Source of the DNA: Synergistaceae bacterium UBA4066
GTDB lineage: Bacteria; Synergistota; Synergistia; Synergistales; Thermovirgaceae
Assembly (NCBI GenBank): GCA_002383685.1
Contig: DFZC01000051.1
Span: 575 to 64,574 of the forward strand
Direction: 5' to 3'
Length of the DNA: 64,000 nt
The notes under the pieces were generated by a model that made no database searches, was not told the origin of the DNA, and saw only the letters and a program-made list of their open reading frames with translations. Below, in pieces: positions 44,052-53,249 of the stretch (position 1 is its first letter; each line of letters begins with the position of its first letter). The position numbers and the translations under genes were made by a program.

Positions 44052-44804
44052 CTAGGTAGTTCGAAAACCGAGACGCCAGGAGATCTCGTTCGCCCCTTCC
44101 TGGAGAAGCGATAGCCATACATCGGCCGCCTTGCCCCTGAAAACCTCTATGGAACCCACCAGGCTCAGACATGACCAGACACTTCCATGCCTGTCCCTTA
44201 TCGGGGCCGCCAAACCGAAAGCGCCAACACGGTTCTCCTGAAGACTGATGCAGTAGCCCTGCATCCGGATCTTCGCGTACTCCTCCATCAGTTTTTCAGG
44301 ATCTGTCACGGTATAGGGGGTCCTCTTCTCTATAGGCCTTGTACTGAGGATCTCCGTTATTCGTTCCTGGGGAAGATAGGCCGTAAGGAGCTTGCCTATG
44401 GCGCTGGCGTTGAAAGGGAACCTGGAACCGGTCTGCCCCTGGTAGATAAAATGTTTACCGGCGCCCATCTTGTAGGCAAGAATGGGGTCGTCACCTTCCC
44501 GGATGCCTATCAGGACAGCCGTGCCTGTCTTTTTTGCGAGGGAATCCATTATACCGTGTGAAACTTCCCAGATCCCCTTTGATTCGCTGTAAACGCTTCC
44601 AAGCCGGAATGCAAGGGGTCCCAGGGAATACTTACGTGTGGAGGGGTTCTGTACCAGAAGATTATCTTTCACAAGGATGGAAACGATCTTGTGGACAGCG
44701 CTCTTGGAAGTAGACATCTCCCGTGAGAGTTCAGTGATACCCATTTCATATGGAGGGTCACTCATCCGCTTGAGGATGTACACAAGTTTTTCAGCGCTGT
44801 TCAC
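44052..44804 (-). CDS. IclR-family transcriptional regulator
   Basis: 250 aa with an N-terminal wHTH (MGITELSREMSTSKSAVHKIVSILV) and an IclR effector domain. Confidence 0.9.
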   Translation of the reverse strand: MNSAEKLVYILKRMSDPPYEMGITELSREMSTSKSAVHKIVSILVKDNLLVQNPSTRKYSLGPLAFRLGSVYSESKGIWEVSHGIMDSLAKKTGTAVLIGIREGDDPILAYKMGAGKHFIYQGQTGSRFPFNASAIGKLLTAYLPQERITEILSTRPIEKRTPYTVTDPEKLMEEYAKIRMQGYCISLQENRVGAFGLAAPIRDRHGSVWSCLSLVGSIEVFRGKAADVWLSLLQEGANEISWRLGFRTT

Positions 44805-44815
44805 TTGGGTCCTCC

Positions 44816-44854
44816 TGTTCTCTGTGGTGGAACAAAGTTCACTACAGAAGAACT
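44816..44854. promoter_or_regulatory. two tandem inverted repeats upstream of the IclR gene (candidate operators)
   Basis: TGTTC-N9-GAACA (44816..44834) and AGTTC-N9-GAACT (44836..44854). Confidence 0.4.
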
Positions 44855-44907
44855 ATGACGATATTTTTAATTATTTTCCGGGTTTTTGTCAAGGAGAAGT
44901 TTGCAGA

Positions 44908-44946
44908 TAAAAAAAACCGGGCAGAGAAATCCCACTGCCCGGTTTT
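44908..44946. terminator. bidirectional rho-independent terminator
   Basis: A8-ccgggcag-10 nt loop-ctgcccgg-tttt. On the minus strand it follows the SYLF gene. Confidence 0.75.
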
Positions 44947-45050
44947 AATCCCCTTCGAGGTGTCGTAAACTGTTCACTTTCATTATCCTGTTACCTGCAG
45001 GAGAAACCTGAAACAACCCGCGGAATTTTCCCGATCTTGTCTGGATCTTT

Positions 45051-45755
45051 CTACTGGCCCGATCGTTTGATCAGATCACCCAGAGCTGAAAGGAGGGGCT
45101 GGATATTCGAAGCGGTCGCCCTCCTGTTCATGAGGATCTCCCTGGAATTGACCGATGCTCCCCAGTAAGATGCGTTGACGCTCTCATCGGTGCTTAAAAG
45201 GGCACCGCTTAGCGACAGACCGGCGAAAAGCCCCTTGCTCATGGAATAACTGTATATGGAGGCTTTCAGGTTAATATCCGTGGCGGCACCGGTACTTCGT
45301 CCCGTTGGCCCTGCTGCAATATCTATATCAGCCCCAAGTTTGAACTTGTCGCCGTAGAAACGCTCCATCCCCTTCTCGTTGGAGACCACAAGCAGCAAAG
45401 CAGTGGACTGGACCCCTATCTGGAGACCGATGGAAGCACCTGTGAGGCTGATAAAACTGGGTCCATACCAGGTGTTGGTCGATGCATCCCGTCTCAGGAT
45501 AAGCCCCTCGCCGTGGGAGCCTCCGATCCCTATGGCAGCCTTCACATAACTCGGGATAATGACCACCCCTTTGGCGGACTTGACGAGGTCGGCCATTCTC
45601 CCTGAATCATCCTGGGAGGACATCTCCCTCACCACGGAAACCGCGGAAGTTATCCTTTCGGTTGAAGTGGCCGCAAAAGCAGGAAGCGCAAACAAAACCA
45701 CGACCGACATCAACGCCGTAACGATCATCAATTTCCAACGATATAGTCTTTTCAT
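45051..45755 (-). CDS. secreted SYLF (DUF500/Ysc84-like) lipid-binding domain protein
   Basis: Start at ATG 45755 (MKRLYRWKLMIVTALMSVVVLFALPAFA signal). The pattern is GVVIIPSYVKAAIGIGGSHGEGLIL. Confidence 0.7.
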   Translation of the reverse strand: MKRLYRWKLMIVTALMSVVVLFALPAFAATSTERITSAVSVVREMSSQDDSGRMADLVKSAKGVVIIPSYVKAAIGIGGSHGEGLILRRDASTNTWYGPSFISLTGASIGLQIGVQSTALLLVVSNEKGMERFYGDKFKLGADIDIAAGPTGRSTGAATDINLKASIYSYSMSKGLFAGLSLSGALLSTDESVNASYWGASVNSREILMNRRATASNIQPLLSALGDLIKRSGQ

Positions 45756-45818
45756 TGCGAACAGCCCCTTTCGTTGTTCTATCCTGCTGAGAAGATTATA
45801 CACTAAAGCGGAATCAGG

Positions 45819-46733
45819 TCACCTGGCTCCATGCCTGATGAATGTGCCCCTGTCAAGATCCTCGAAAGCCTGTTGAAGTTGCTCCCTGGTGTTCATGACA
45901 ATGGGACCGCGCCAGGCCACCGGTTCACCCAGTGGTTTGCCGTAAAAAAGCAAAAACCTCGCCGGGTCTTTTTCTGTCGAGACTTCAACCTGTTCTCCGT
46001 CGGCGAAAAGGGCAAGCTCGCCGTCGGAGACGGAGGAGTCAGTATCCATGTCGAAGTAGTTCTCCCCTTCAAGGTCGTAGGCAAAGGGATCCTGTTCACC
46101 GCCGAAAAGTGCCTTCCCCTGGACAACGTATGCAAAGGCCGTGTGTCCTGGGGATACCGGGATCACAAACTTGCTGCCGGCTGGCATCTCGACATCGAGG
46201 TAGCCCGGGTCGGTTACAATATCGTCCACGGGTCCCCTGACTCCTCCGATCTCCCCGCTTATGACCCTCACGGATACGCCTTCGGCGTTTGCATAGACAG
46301 GGATCTGATCCTTCGTTATGTCGCGGTACCGGGGATCCATCATCTTGTGTGACGCCGGCAGGTTGGCCCAAAGCTGAAACCCACCCATCCTCCCCTTTTC
46401 ATCGCCTTTGGGCATCTCCTGGTGGATTATCCCGCTCCCCGCGGTCATCCACTGAACATCCCCGGGTGCTATGACCCCTGTGTTGCCAAGGCTGTCGCCG
46501 TGCTCTACTGTCCCCTCAAGCATGTAGGTAATGGTCTCGATACCCCTGTGGGGGTGCCATGGGAATCCCCTGAGAAATTTTTGCGGATCGTCGGAACGGA
46601 AGTCGTCAAGGAGGAGAAAGGGGTCAAAATCCTTCGTTTCGCCAAAACCGAATACACGCCTGAGGTGGACTCCAGCCCCTTCTATGACCGGTCTGCCCCT
46701 TATCACTTTTCTTATCTTCCTTTCAATGCCCAT
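45819..46733 (-). CDS. pirin family protein
   Basis: FPWHPHRGIETITYMLEGTVEHGDSLGN...GDVQWMTAGSGIIHQEMP. Confidence 0.9.
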   Translation of the reverse strand: MGIERKIRKVIRGRPVIEGAGVHLRRVFGFGETKDFDPFLLLDDFRSDDPQKFLRGFPWHPHRGIETITYMLEGTVEHGDSLGNTGVIAPGDVQWMTAGSGIIHQEMPKGDEKGRMGGFQLWANLPASHKMMDPRYRDITKDQIPVYANAEGVSVRVISGEIGGVRGPVDDIVTDPGYLDVEMPAGSKFVIPVSPGHTAFAYVVQGKALFGGEQDPFAYDLEGENYFDMDTDSSVSDGELALFADGEQVEVSTEKDPARFLLFYGKPLGEPVAWRGPIVMNTREQLQQAFEDLDRGTFIRHGAR

Positions 46734-46822
46734 TCGCGATACCCCCTTGCCATTGATCCAGGATCCTGATGCTTTACGTGAATTTTTCGAGGATCTTTCT
46801 GCTTAAGTTGATGCTATCCCGG

Positions 46823-47131
46823 TCAATTGCTGGCATCTCGCTCTGTCGTCCCCTCTGTTTCCAGGAAAGCCCGCTTGAGATCCCGGGGTTTTTTCTTGGC
46901 TTTTCTCTCTATAGACTGGGCCCCGGCCCTGGAAAACCTGCACCCGGTAGCATACTCAAGGACAACAGGCCTCCGGGAGGCGGTGTACCTTGCCCCTTTC
47001 CCCTCGTTGTGCTGCTGGAGGCGCTTATGTGGGTCCATGGCAATTCCACAGTAGTACGTGCCGTCTGCGCACCTTAACAGGTAGACGCAGTAAAGCCCCT
47101 TCTTACCGGTATCTGGACAGTGTCCTGTCAA
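46823..47131 (-). CDS. GIY-YIG nuclease family protein (YhbQ-like)
   Basis: YCVYLLRCADGTYYCGIAMDPHKRLQQHNEGKGARYT. Confidence 0.8.
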   Translation of the reverse strand: MTGHCPDTGKKGLYCVYLLRCADGTYYCGIAMDPHKRLQQHNEGKGARYTASRRPVVLEYATGCRFSRAGAQSIERKAKKKPRDLKRAFLETEGTTERDASN

Positions 47132-48218
47132 TCCTTTTCAATCCCTCTACCAGACGTTTTTCATCGACCCCGAAGTTCATCCTCAGGTGGTTCTCTATTC
47201 CGAAGCAGCTCCCCGGTATAACGAAAACGCTGTCGTTCTTCACCATGTCCATAACGAGTTCCCATGAAGAGACAGGAAGATCGTACCTCACGAAGGCAAA
47301 ACAGCCTGCCTGGGGTGGGGTGAAGGAAAGGACCCCTGCGTGGCTGTTCACCCATTCCGTGAAGGTTGCCAGGTTCTGCCTGACGATCCCCCTGTTGCGG
47401 TCGAATATTTTCCCCCTCATGCCCGGCTCCAGGGCTTTTGTCGCCAGGTAGTCGCTGAAAGTAGTAACAGTGGTTGAAAGGAAGTCGTGGTAGAACCAGG
47501 ACATTTCCGCTATCTCACGGGGACCGGCCACCCACCCTATTCTGAGACCCGGCAACCCGAAGGACTTGGAAAGCCCGCTGACAACGATGACCTTGTCGTA
47601 CATACCCCAGAAACTGGGAGTCATTTCATCGGTCTGCTCCGCACCCCTGTACACCTCGTCGGAGAGCAGGCAGGCACCTGCTTCGGAGGCGACATCCACG
47701 ATATCCTGCATCTGTTCCCTTGTCAGGACAGTACCTGTGGGATTGTTCGGATTGCAGACGCAGATCAGTTTTGTCTTGGGGGTAACGGCTTTTTTCAGGC
47801 TCTCCAGATCCAGGGACCAGCCCTTTTTGGGGTCAAGGTGGAAGTTTCTGACCACTGCACCGTTTGATTCGACGACATGAGAAAGGAGCATGAAATTGGG
47901 GATCATGAAAGCCACCTCGTCCCCGGGCTCAATAAGCCCCCAGGCCATCAGGAACAGGGCTTCGGCAGAGCCGTTGGTCATGAATACGCTGGAAGGGTCC
48001 ATGCCTTCGTAAAATGAGGCTACTGCCTTCCTGAGGTGTTCAGTCCCCGCGGTGTGGACATACTTCAGATGAAGGTCGTTGTAGACTTCCTCCATCTCTT
48101 CTGGGCTCAGGATCTCCCTTATGAACATCGGGTATATGCCCGAAGCGCTCAGGTCATATTCGACTTCGTTCTGGAACCTGGCAAGGGTCCTTTCCAGCTT
48201 GAACTCCTCTATCTTCAT
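47103..48218 (-). CDS. class I/II pyridoxal-phosphate-dependent aminotransferase
   Basis: 371 aa with NPNNPTG and VVSGLSKSFGLPGLRIGW (PLP-lysine motif). Confidence 0.85.
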   Translation of the reverse strand: MKIEEFKLERTLARFQNEVEYDLSASGIYPMFIREILSPEEMEEVYNDLHLKYVHTAGTEHLRKAVASFYEGMDPSSVFMTNGSAEALFLMAWGLIEPGDEVAFMIPNFMLLSHVVESNGAVVRNFHLDPKKGWSLDLESLKKAVTPKTKLICVCNPNNPTGTVLTREQMQDIVDVASEAGACLLSDEVYRGAEQTDEMTPSFWGMYDKVIVVSGLSKSFGLPGLRIGWVAGPREIAEMSWFYHDFLSTTVTTFSDYLATKALEPGMRGKIFDRNRGIVRQNLATFTEWVNSHAGVLSFTPPQAGCFAFVRYDLPVSSWELVMDMVKNDSVFVIPGSCFGIENHLRMNFGVDEKRLVEGLKRIDRTLSRYR

Positions 48219-48299
48219 AACATGCCTCCGTAAAGGGAAAGATGGAAATCATGCATGCATTCTACCGCTCTATCAGCAGGAGAACAATAACACCAGGGG

Positions 48300-48328
48300 T
48301 TTTCAAAATATACCGGCTAGGGTATAAT
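48300..48328 (+). promoter_or_regulatory. sigma70-type promoter for the small Cys-rich ORF
   Basis: TTTTCA-17 nt-TATAAT (48323..48328). It lies 33 nt upstream of the ATG. Confidence 0.5.
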
Positions 48329-48361
48329 GTCAGGGAATATAGCAGGAAGGGGGGAAAGATC

Positions 48362-48493
48362 ATGGGTTGCTGCAATAAGCCGAAAGAGAACAATGAACCC
48401 AAACAGCAGGACAGCTGCTGCGACAAGAAGGAAGAGAAGAAAGATAATAAGGATACATGCTGCGGAAGTCCGTGCGGCAAGGAAAAAGAGTAG
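48362..48493 (+). CDS. 43-aa Cys-rich, Lys/Glu-rich peptide
   Basis: MGCCNKPKENNEPKQQDSCCDKKEEKKDNKDTCCGSPCGKEKE. The RBS GGAAGGGGGGAAAG is upstream. The gene has its own promoter and a strong downstream hairpin. Confidence 0.45.
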   Translation: MGCCNKPKENNEPKQQDSCCDKKEEKKDNKDTCCGSPCGKEKE

Positions 48494-48497
48494 TTGC

Positions 48498-48532
48498 TCT
48501 TTATAGCAAGAGGGGCCGTCTTTCAGGGCGGC
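48498..48532. terminator. 11-bp GC-rich hairpin between convergent genes
   Basis: aagaggggccg-10 nt loop-cggcccctctt-tt. Confidence 0.55.
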
Positions 48533-48557
48533 CCCTCTTTTGTAGGACCATTAATGA

Positions 48558-49736
48558 TCAGAGCCTTCTGACCACCATGGCAACGCCCTGGCCACCGCCT
48601 ATGCAGGCGGTGGCCAGTCCTGTCTCCTTTCCCTGGTTCCTCAGGGCATAAATGAGTGTCGCTAGTATCCTGGTACCAGTCGCCCCAATGGGGTGCCCCA
48701 GCGCTATTGCTCCGCCGTGGACATTGCACTTGCTCATGTCAAAGGGCATGACCCTGTGAACTGCAATGACCTGTGCGGCAAAAGCCTCGTTCAGCTCGAT
48801 CAGGTCCATGTCGTCCAGGGACATTCCTGCCATTCCCATAGCAATTGGGACAGCCCGTACAGGTCCAAGACCCATGTGATCTGCCTCCAGGGCCCCACTT
48901 CCGTAACCGAGTATCTCTGCGATCGGGTTAAGGCCGTTGGCCTTTGCCCAGTCGGGGTCGGCTATAATGACTGCGCTCCCGGCATCACAGAGTGCCGAGC
49001 TGCTGCCAGCCGTTATCGTCCCGTCAAACTTGAAGATGGCCGGAAGCCCGGCGAGTTTCTCCAGACTCGTGTCACCCCTGGGGATATCCTCTGAAGCCCA
49101 TTCAAGGACCTCTTTCTTCTGCTTTACAGTTACAGGGATCGTCTCTTCGGCAAAAAGGCGGTTATTCATTGCCATAACGGCTTTTCTGTGGCTTTCCAGG
49201 GCGTAGGAGTCCTGCTCTTCCCTCGTTATGCCGTACTCTTCTACCAGGATCTCGGCGGTAGCCCCCATTAGCATATTGGCCAAGGGGCACATGAAACCGT
49301 CATGGTGAAGGGTGTCAAGTGCTTTTTTATCACCCATCCTGTGCCCCCATCGTGCATCTGGAAGAAGGTAGGGCACCCTTGAGGCACTTTCCATACCTCC
49401 GGCGACCCCTGCCGGGATATCCCCAAGCCTTATTCTGTCGGATATGATCATTGCCGCGCGAAGGCTTGAACCGCACCTCTTGTTCACGGTAAAGGCCGGA
49501 ATGGATTGTGGCAATCCTGCCTTGAACGAGGCTATCCTTGCAGGGTTGGCACCGACACCGGCCTGCCAGCCGTTGCCCATGATCACTTCTCCTATATCCC
49601 CCGCAGGCACAGAGGACCTCTCCACCGCTGCCTTGATAGCGAAACCGCCCAGGTCCGTAGCATCGAACCCCGACAGGACCCCCCCGAATTTGCCCCCGCC
49701 TGTCCTGCATGCGGCGAGAATTACAGGTCTTTTCAT
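48558..49736 (-). CDS. acetyl-CoA C-acetyltransferase (thiolase II)
   Basis: VNKRCGSSLRA (active-site Cys), NVHGGAIALGHPIGATG and CIGGGQGVAM. Confidence 0.95.
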   Translation of the reverse strand: MKRPVILAACRTGGGKFGGVLSGFDATDLGGFAIKAAVERSSVPAGDIGEVIMGNGWQAGVGANPARIASFKAGLPQSIPAFTVNKRCGSSLRAAMIISDRIRLGDIPAGVAGGMESASRVPYLLPDARWGHRMGDKKALDTLHHDGFMCPLANMLMGATAEILVEEYGITREEQDSYALESHRKAVMAMNNRLFAEETIPVTVKQKKEVLEWASEDIPRGDTSLEKLAGLPAIFKFDGTITAGSSSALCDAGSAVIIADPDWAKANGLNPIAEILGYGSGALEADHMGLGPVRAVPIAMGMAGMSLDDMDLIELNEAFAAQVIAVHRVMPFDMSKCNVHGGAIALGHPIGATGTRILATLIYALRNQGKETGLATACIGGGQGVAMVVRRL

Positions 49737-49847
49737 TCAGAACCCCTCCAGGTCTTTTCTTTGGTCCGACAAAAAGCTCTCTCTTGTTTTTACCGGTTCT
49801 TTACGCCTGGTGATCTTCGTCAAGCGCGGGCTCACGATCAAGATTCC

Positions 49848-50528
49848 CTATTCCTGATCACAGCCCTTCATATTACACAGATCTCGGGAAACCCTGTAAT
49901 CAGCGGGAGTGACCTTTTTGAAATCCTCCAGGTCAACCCCGGGGGCGATCTCTTCAAGCACCAGTTCTCCTGAGACCATTCTGAGAACACAGTACTCCGT
50001 GACGACCAGACTCACCACTCCCACACCGGTTAGAGGAAGGGTACACCTGGGAAGTATTTTCGGATCACCCTTTTTTGTACAGTGTGTCGTTGCTACAATA
50101 ACGTGCTTTGCGCCAGTAACGAGATCCATGGCCCCGCCCATTCCCGGGACCATCTTCCCCGGGATCCACCAGTTGGCAATATTGCCCTCCTGATCCACTT
50201 CAAGTGCCCCGAGAACGGTCGCATCGAGGTGTCCACCCCTGATAAGGCCGAAACTCATGTCGCTGGCAACAAGGGCACCCCCAAGGATGGGCTTCAGACA
50301 CCGTCCCCCGGCACCTATGAATCGCAGGTCCTCTTTGTCGGGCTTGGGGCCCGCACCTACAACGCCATTCTCGGTCTGAAATATCACCCGTATGTCACCA
50401 GGGATGTAATCCGAAACCAGGGTGGGAATTCCAATACCGAGGTTGACCACGTCCCCGTCCTGGAACTCCATGGCCACACGTCGGGCTATCCGGTGGCGGG
50501 CTATCTCTTCATCAAGTACGGGAAGCAT
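49848..50528 (-). CDS. 3-oxoacid CoA-transferase, subunit B
   Basis: The pattern VNLGIGIPTLV...FQTENG... carries the catalytic Glu motif. Confidence 0.9.
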   Translation of the reverse strand: MLPVLDEEIARHRIARRVAMEFQDGDVVNLGIGIPTLVSDYIPGDIRVIFQTENGVVGAGPKPDKEDLRFIGAGGRCLKPILGGALVASDMSFGLIRGGHLDATVLGALEVDQEGNIANWWIPGKMVPGMGGAMDLVTGAKHVIVATTHCTKKGDPKILPRCTLPLTGVGVVSLVVTEYCVLRMVSGELVLEEIAPGVDLEDFKKVTPADYRVSRDLCNMKGCDQE

Positions 50529-51201
50529 AGTAGGAATCCCCCTTCAATACCAGGATATCCACGAGAATGCCGGGTGTGACAACATCGTTGGGGTTGATCT
50601 GACCGATCTCCAGTATTGCGTCCACCTCGGCTATCACAAGGTCAGCAGCGGTTGCCATGGCGGGGTTGAAGTTGCGGTTGGTGCCAAAATAGACCAGGTT
50701 GCCATACCTGTCAGCCCTGTAGGCCCTTATAAGGGCTACATCAGCCCTGAGGGGAAGCTCGAGGATGTACCTTTTGCCCTCCACTTCAATGACCTGTTTC
50801 CCCTCCTCGTGCACCGTCCCCACTCCGGTAGGGGTCAGAACCCCTCCGAGGCCAAACCCGCCTGCCCTGATCCTCTCTACAAAAGTCCCCTGTGGCACCA
50901 GCTCAAGTTCCATTTTCTTTTCGTTGAAAAGACGTTGTGTACTTTTGTTGAGGCCTACATGAGAGGCCGTTACTTTCCTGATCTGACCGTTGACTACCAG
51001 CCTTCCGTGCCCCACGTCATCGTAGGCGGTATCGTTAGAAATAAGCCAAAGGTCCTTTGTGCCCGAGACGACCAGTGCTTCAACAAGAGTGTATGGTATC
51101 CCTCCGTAATTGAAACCTCCTACCATGATCGAGCTGCCGGCTGTTATCCTTTTGACGGCCTCCTCCGCCGACATGACGGGTTTTATGACGCTTGTCGGCA
51201 T
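50512..51201 (-). CDS. 3-oxoacid CoA-transferase, subunit A
   Basis: Start at ATG 51201. The sequence is AGSSIMVGGFNYGGIPYTLVEAL... It overlaps subunit B by 17 nt. Confidence 0.9.
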   Translation of the reverse strand: MPTSVIKPVMSAEEAVKRITAGSSIMVGGFNYGGIPYTLVEALVVSGTKDLWLISNDTAYDDVGHGRLVVNGQIRKVTASHVGLNKSTQRLFNEKKMELELVPQGTFVERIRAGGFGLGGVLTPTGVGTVHEEGKQVIEVEGKRYILELPLRADVALIRAYRADRYGNLVYFGTNRNFNPAMATAADLVIAEVDAILEIGQINPNDVVTPGILVDILVLKGDSYYASRT

Positions 51202-51202
51202 T

Positions 51203-53173
51203 TCATCTCTCCTCCCCTCCGATTTCCTTATCCTTCTTCTGAAAGTTTTTACGGCGCTGAAGAAGGTAGATACCTCCAAGGACCACTATCCCGATGACAT
51301 CCGACATTAAACCTGGTTTGATCAGTGCAACCGCGGTTGCTACAAACAGGATCCGCTCAGGTGTGCCTAGTCGGCTTAAATAGAACCCCTGCACCCCTGC
51401 CGCAAGCGCAATGACACCAAGCATGGCTGTCACGGTTGACAGCAGGATATCTGTGATGCTCCCCTGGAAAAGCAACGCCTGGTTGTATGCGAACATAAAG
51501 GGGACGATGAAACCGGCAATTGCCAGGCCTACAGCGTTGAAACCGGTACGCATGGCATTTGCCCCGGCGATCCCGGCGCCTGCATAGGCCGCCAGGGCCA
51601 CGGGGGGCGTTACATCGGCAATGACCCCGAAATAAAGTATGAAAAGATGGGCAGCGAGCATTGGAACACCCATCCGGTGAATGGCTGGCGCGGCAAGGGT
51701 GGACAGGATAATGTACTTTGCCGTAGTCGGCAGCCCCATCCCCAGGATTATGGAAGCTATCATGGTCAGCACCAGTGCGAGGAAAAGTATGCCGTGGGAA
51801 AGCCCAATAATAAATGATGTAAAGGCAAGGCCCAGACCAGTTATCCCCACCACTCCTATGATGATCCCCGAACATGCGCAGGCCGCCGCCACTTCGACGG
51901 CGGTGATACCCCCGTCTATGAAGGAATCGATGATCCTGCGGGGAGTCATCCTGTACTCGGGTGGCCCCAGCCAGCTGGCAACGATCAGCAGCATTATCGA
52001 CCAGAAAACGGCCTTTATCGCCGAATAGCCCATGGCGAGGAAAATTATCAGGGTTACAACGGGAAGAAGAAGCATCCAGCCTTTTTTGAGGACTTCCCAA
52101 ACTTTGGGAAGGTCCTTTTTGGGAATACCCTCTATTCCCTCTCTGCCCGCACGGAAGTGGACCATGGCAAAGACCGAGAAAAAGTAGAGACAGGCCGGGA
52201 TAACGGCCGCAACAACAATGCTCCAGTACGAGATCCCCAGGAACTGGGCCATTACGAAGGCTGCCGCCCCCATGACAGGCGGCATGATCTGTCCCCCAGT
52301 CGAGGCAGCAGCCTCCACGGCTCCTGCAAAATGGGCCGGATATCCCACCTTTTTCATCAAGGGTATGGTGAAAGATCCGGTGGTAACAGTATTTGCAACG
52401 GAACTACCGGAGACGCTGCCCATGAGTGCACTGGCAACAACTGCTGCTTTGGCCGGGCCTCCCCTGCTCCTTCCTGTAAGGGACATCGCAAGATCGATGA
52501 AAAACCCACCTGCCCCGGAAACATTAAGAACAGAGCCAAAAAGAACAAAAAGGAATATGAAGGTCGCCGAAACCCCCAGTGGAACCCCGAATATCCCGTC
52601 AGTCCTGAGGTACATGAAGGGGGCCAGTTCACTTATGGGGAATCCCGGATGTTTCAACATCCCAGGTAAATACCGTCCGAAAACGGCATAGGATATGGCG
52701 GTAAGGGCTACTATGGGAAGCGGCCACCCCACGGTCCTCCTAGTGGTCTCTATCACAAGGATGGTCATAATAACCCCCATGTAGATGTCCGAGGGTATTG
52801 CGCGACCTTCCCTTGCCGTAATGGCCCCCCAGTTCATAAGTATATTCAGGCACCCTGCTATCAGCAGTGCCGCAAGTGCCCAGTCCCAAATATCTATTTT
52901 GTCCCTGGGGCGCTTTTTTGAGAAAGGGTAGAGCAGAAAAACAATGGTGCCCATCATCATCCAGTGAATGGCCCTCTGCTTCATCGCAAAGAATAAGCCA
53001 AAGGCTGCGGTATAAAGGTGGAAAAATGAAGCCGCAAGCGCAATACCTGCTATTACCCAGAATTGCCAGCCCGTCAGGTTCCTTTTGTTGCTTTCCAGGA
53101 GTTCCGCTATCTCTTTACCTGTTTTCCCGGATTCTTTCGTCGGATCCTTCTCTTTTCCTGTATTCCGGGTCAT
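51203..53173 (-). CDS. TRAP transporter fused permease (TAXI-type 4TM/12TM fusion)
   Basis: 656-aa polytopic protein directly downstream of a TAXI binding protein. Confidence 0.85.
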   Translation of the reverse strand: MTRNTGKEKDPTKESGKTGKEIAELLESNKRNLTGWQFWVIAGIALAASFFHLYTAAFGLFFAMKQRAIHWMMMGTIVFLLYPFSKKRPRDKIDIWDWALAALLIAGCLNILMNWGAITAREGRAIPSDIYMGVIMTILVIETTRRTVGWPLPIVALTAISYAVFGRYLPGMLKHPGFPISELAPFMYLRTDGIFGVPLGVSATFIFLFVLFGSVLNVSGAGGFFIDLAMSLTGRSRGGPAKAAVVASALMGSVSGSSVANTVTTGSFTIPLMKKVGYPAHFAGAVEAAASTGGQIMPPVMGAAAFVMAQFLGISYWSIVVAAVIPACLYFFSVFAMVHFRAGREGIEGIPKKDLPKVWEVLKKGWMLLLPVVTLIIFLAMGYSAIKAVFWSIMLLIVASWLGPPEYRMTPRRIIDSFIDGGITAVEVAAACACSGIIIGVVGITGLGLAFTSFIIGLSHGILFLALVLTMIASIILGMGLPTTAKYIILSTLAAPAIHRMGVPMLAAHLFILYFGVIADVTPPVALAAYAGAGIAGANAMRTGFNAVGLAIAGFIVPFMFAYNQALLFQGSITDILLSTVTAMLGVIALAAGVQGFYLSRLGTPERILFVATAVALIKPGLMSDVIGIVVLGGIYLLQRRKNFQKKDKEIGGEER

Positions 53174-53249
53174 GCACGCACCTCCCGTGCAACACGGCTG
53201 ATGAGCTATCAGGGGCGGGAAACTCTTCCCGCCCCTCGCCTTGAGTTAA

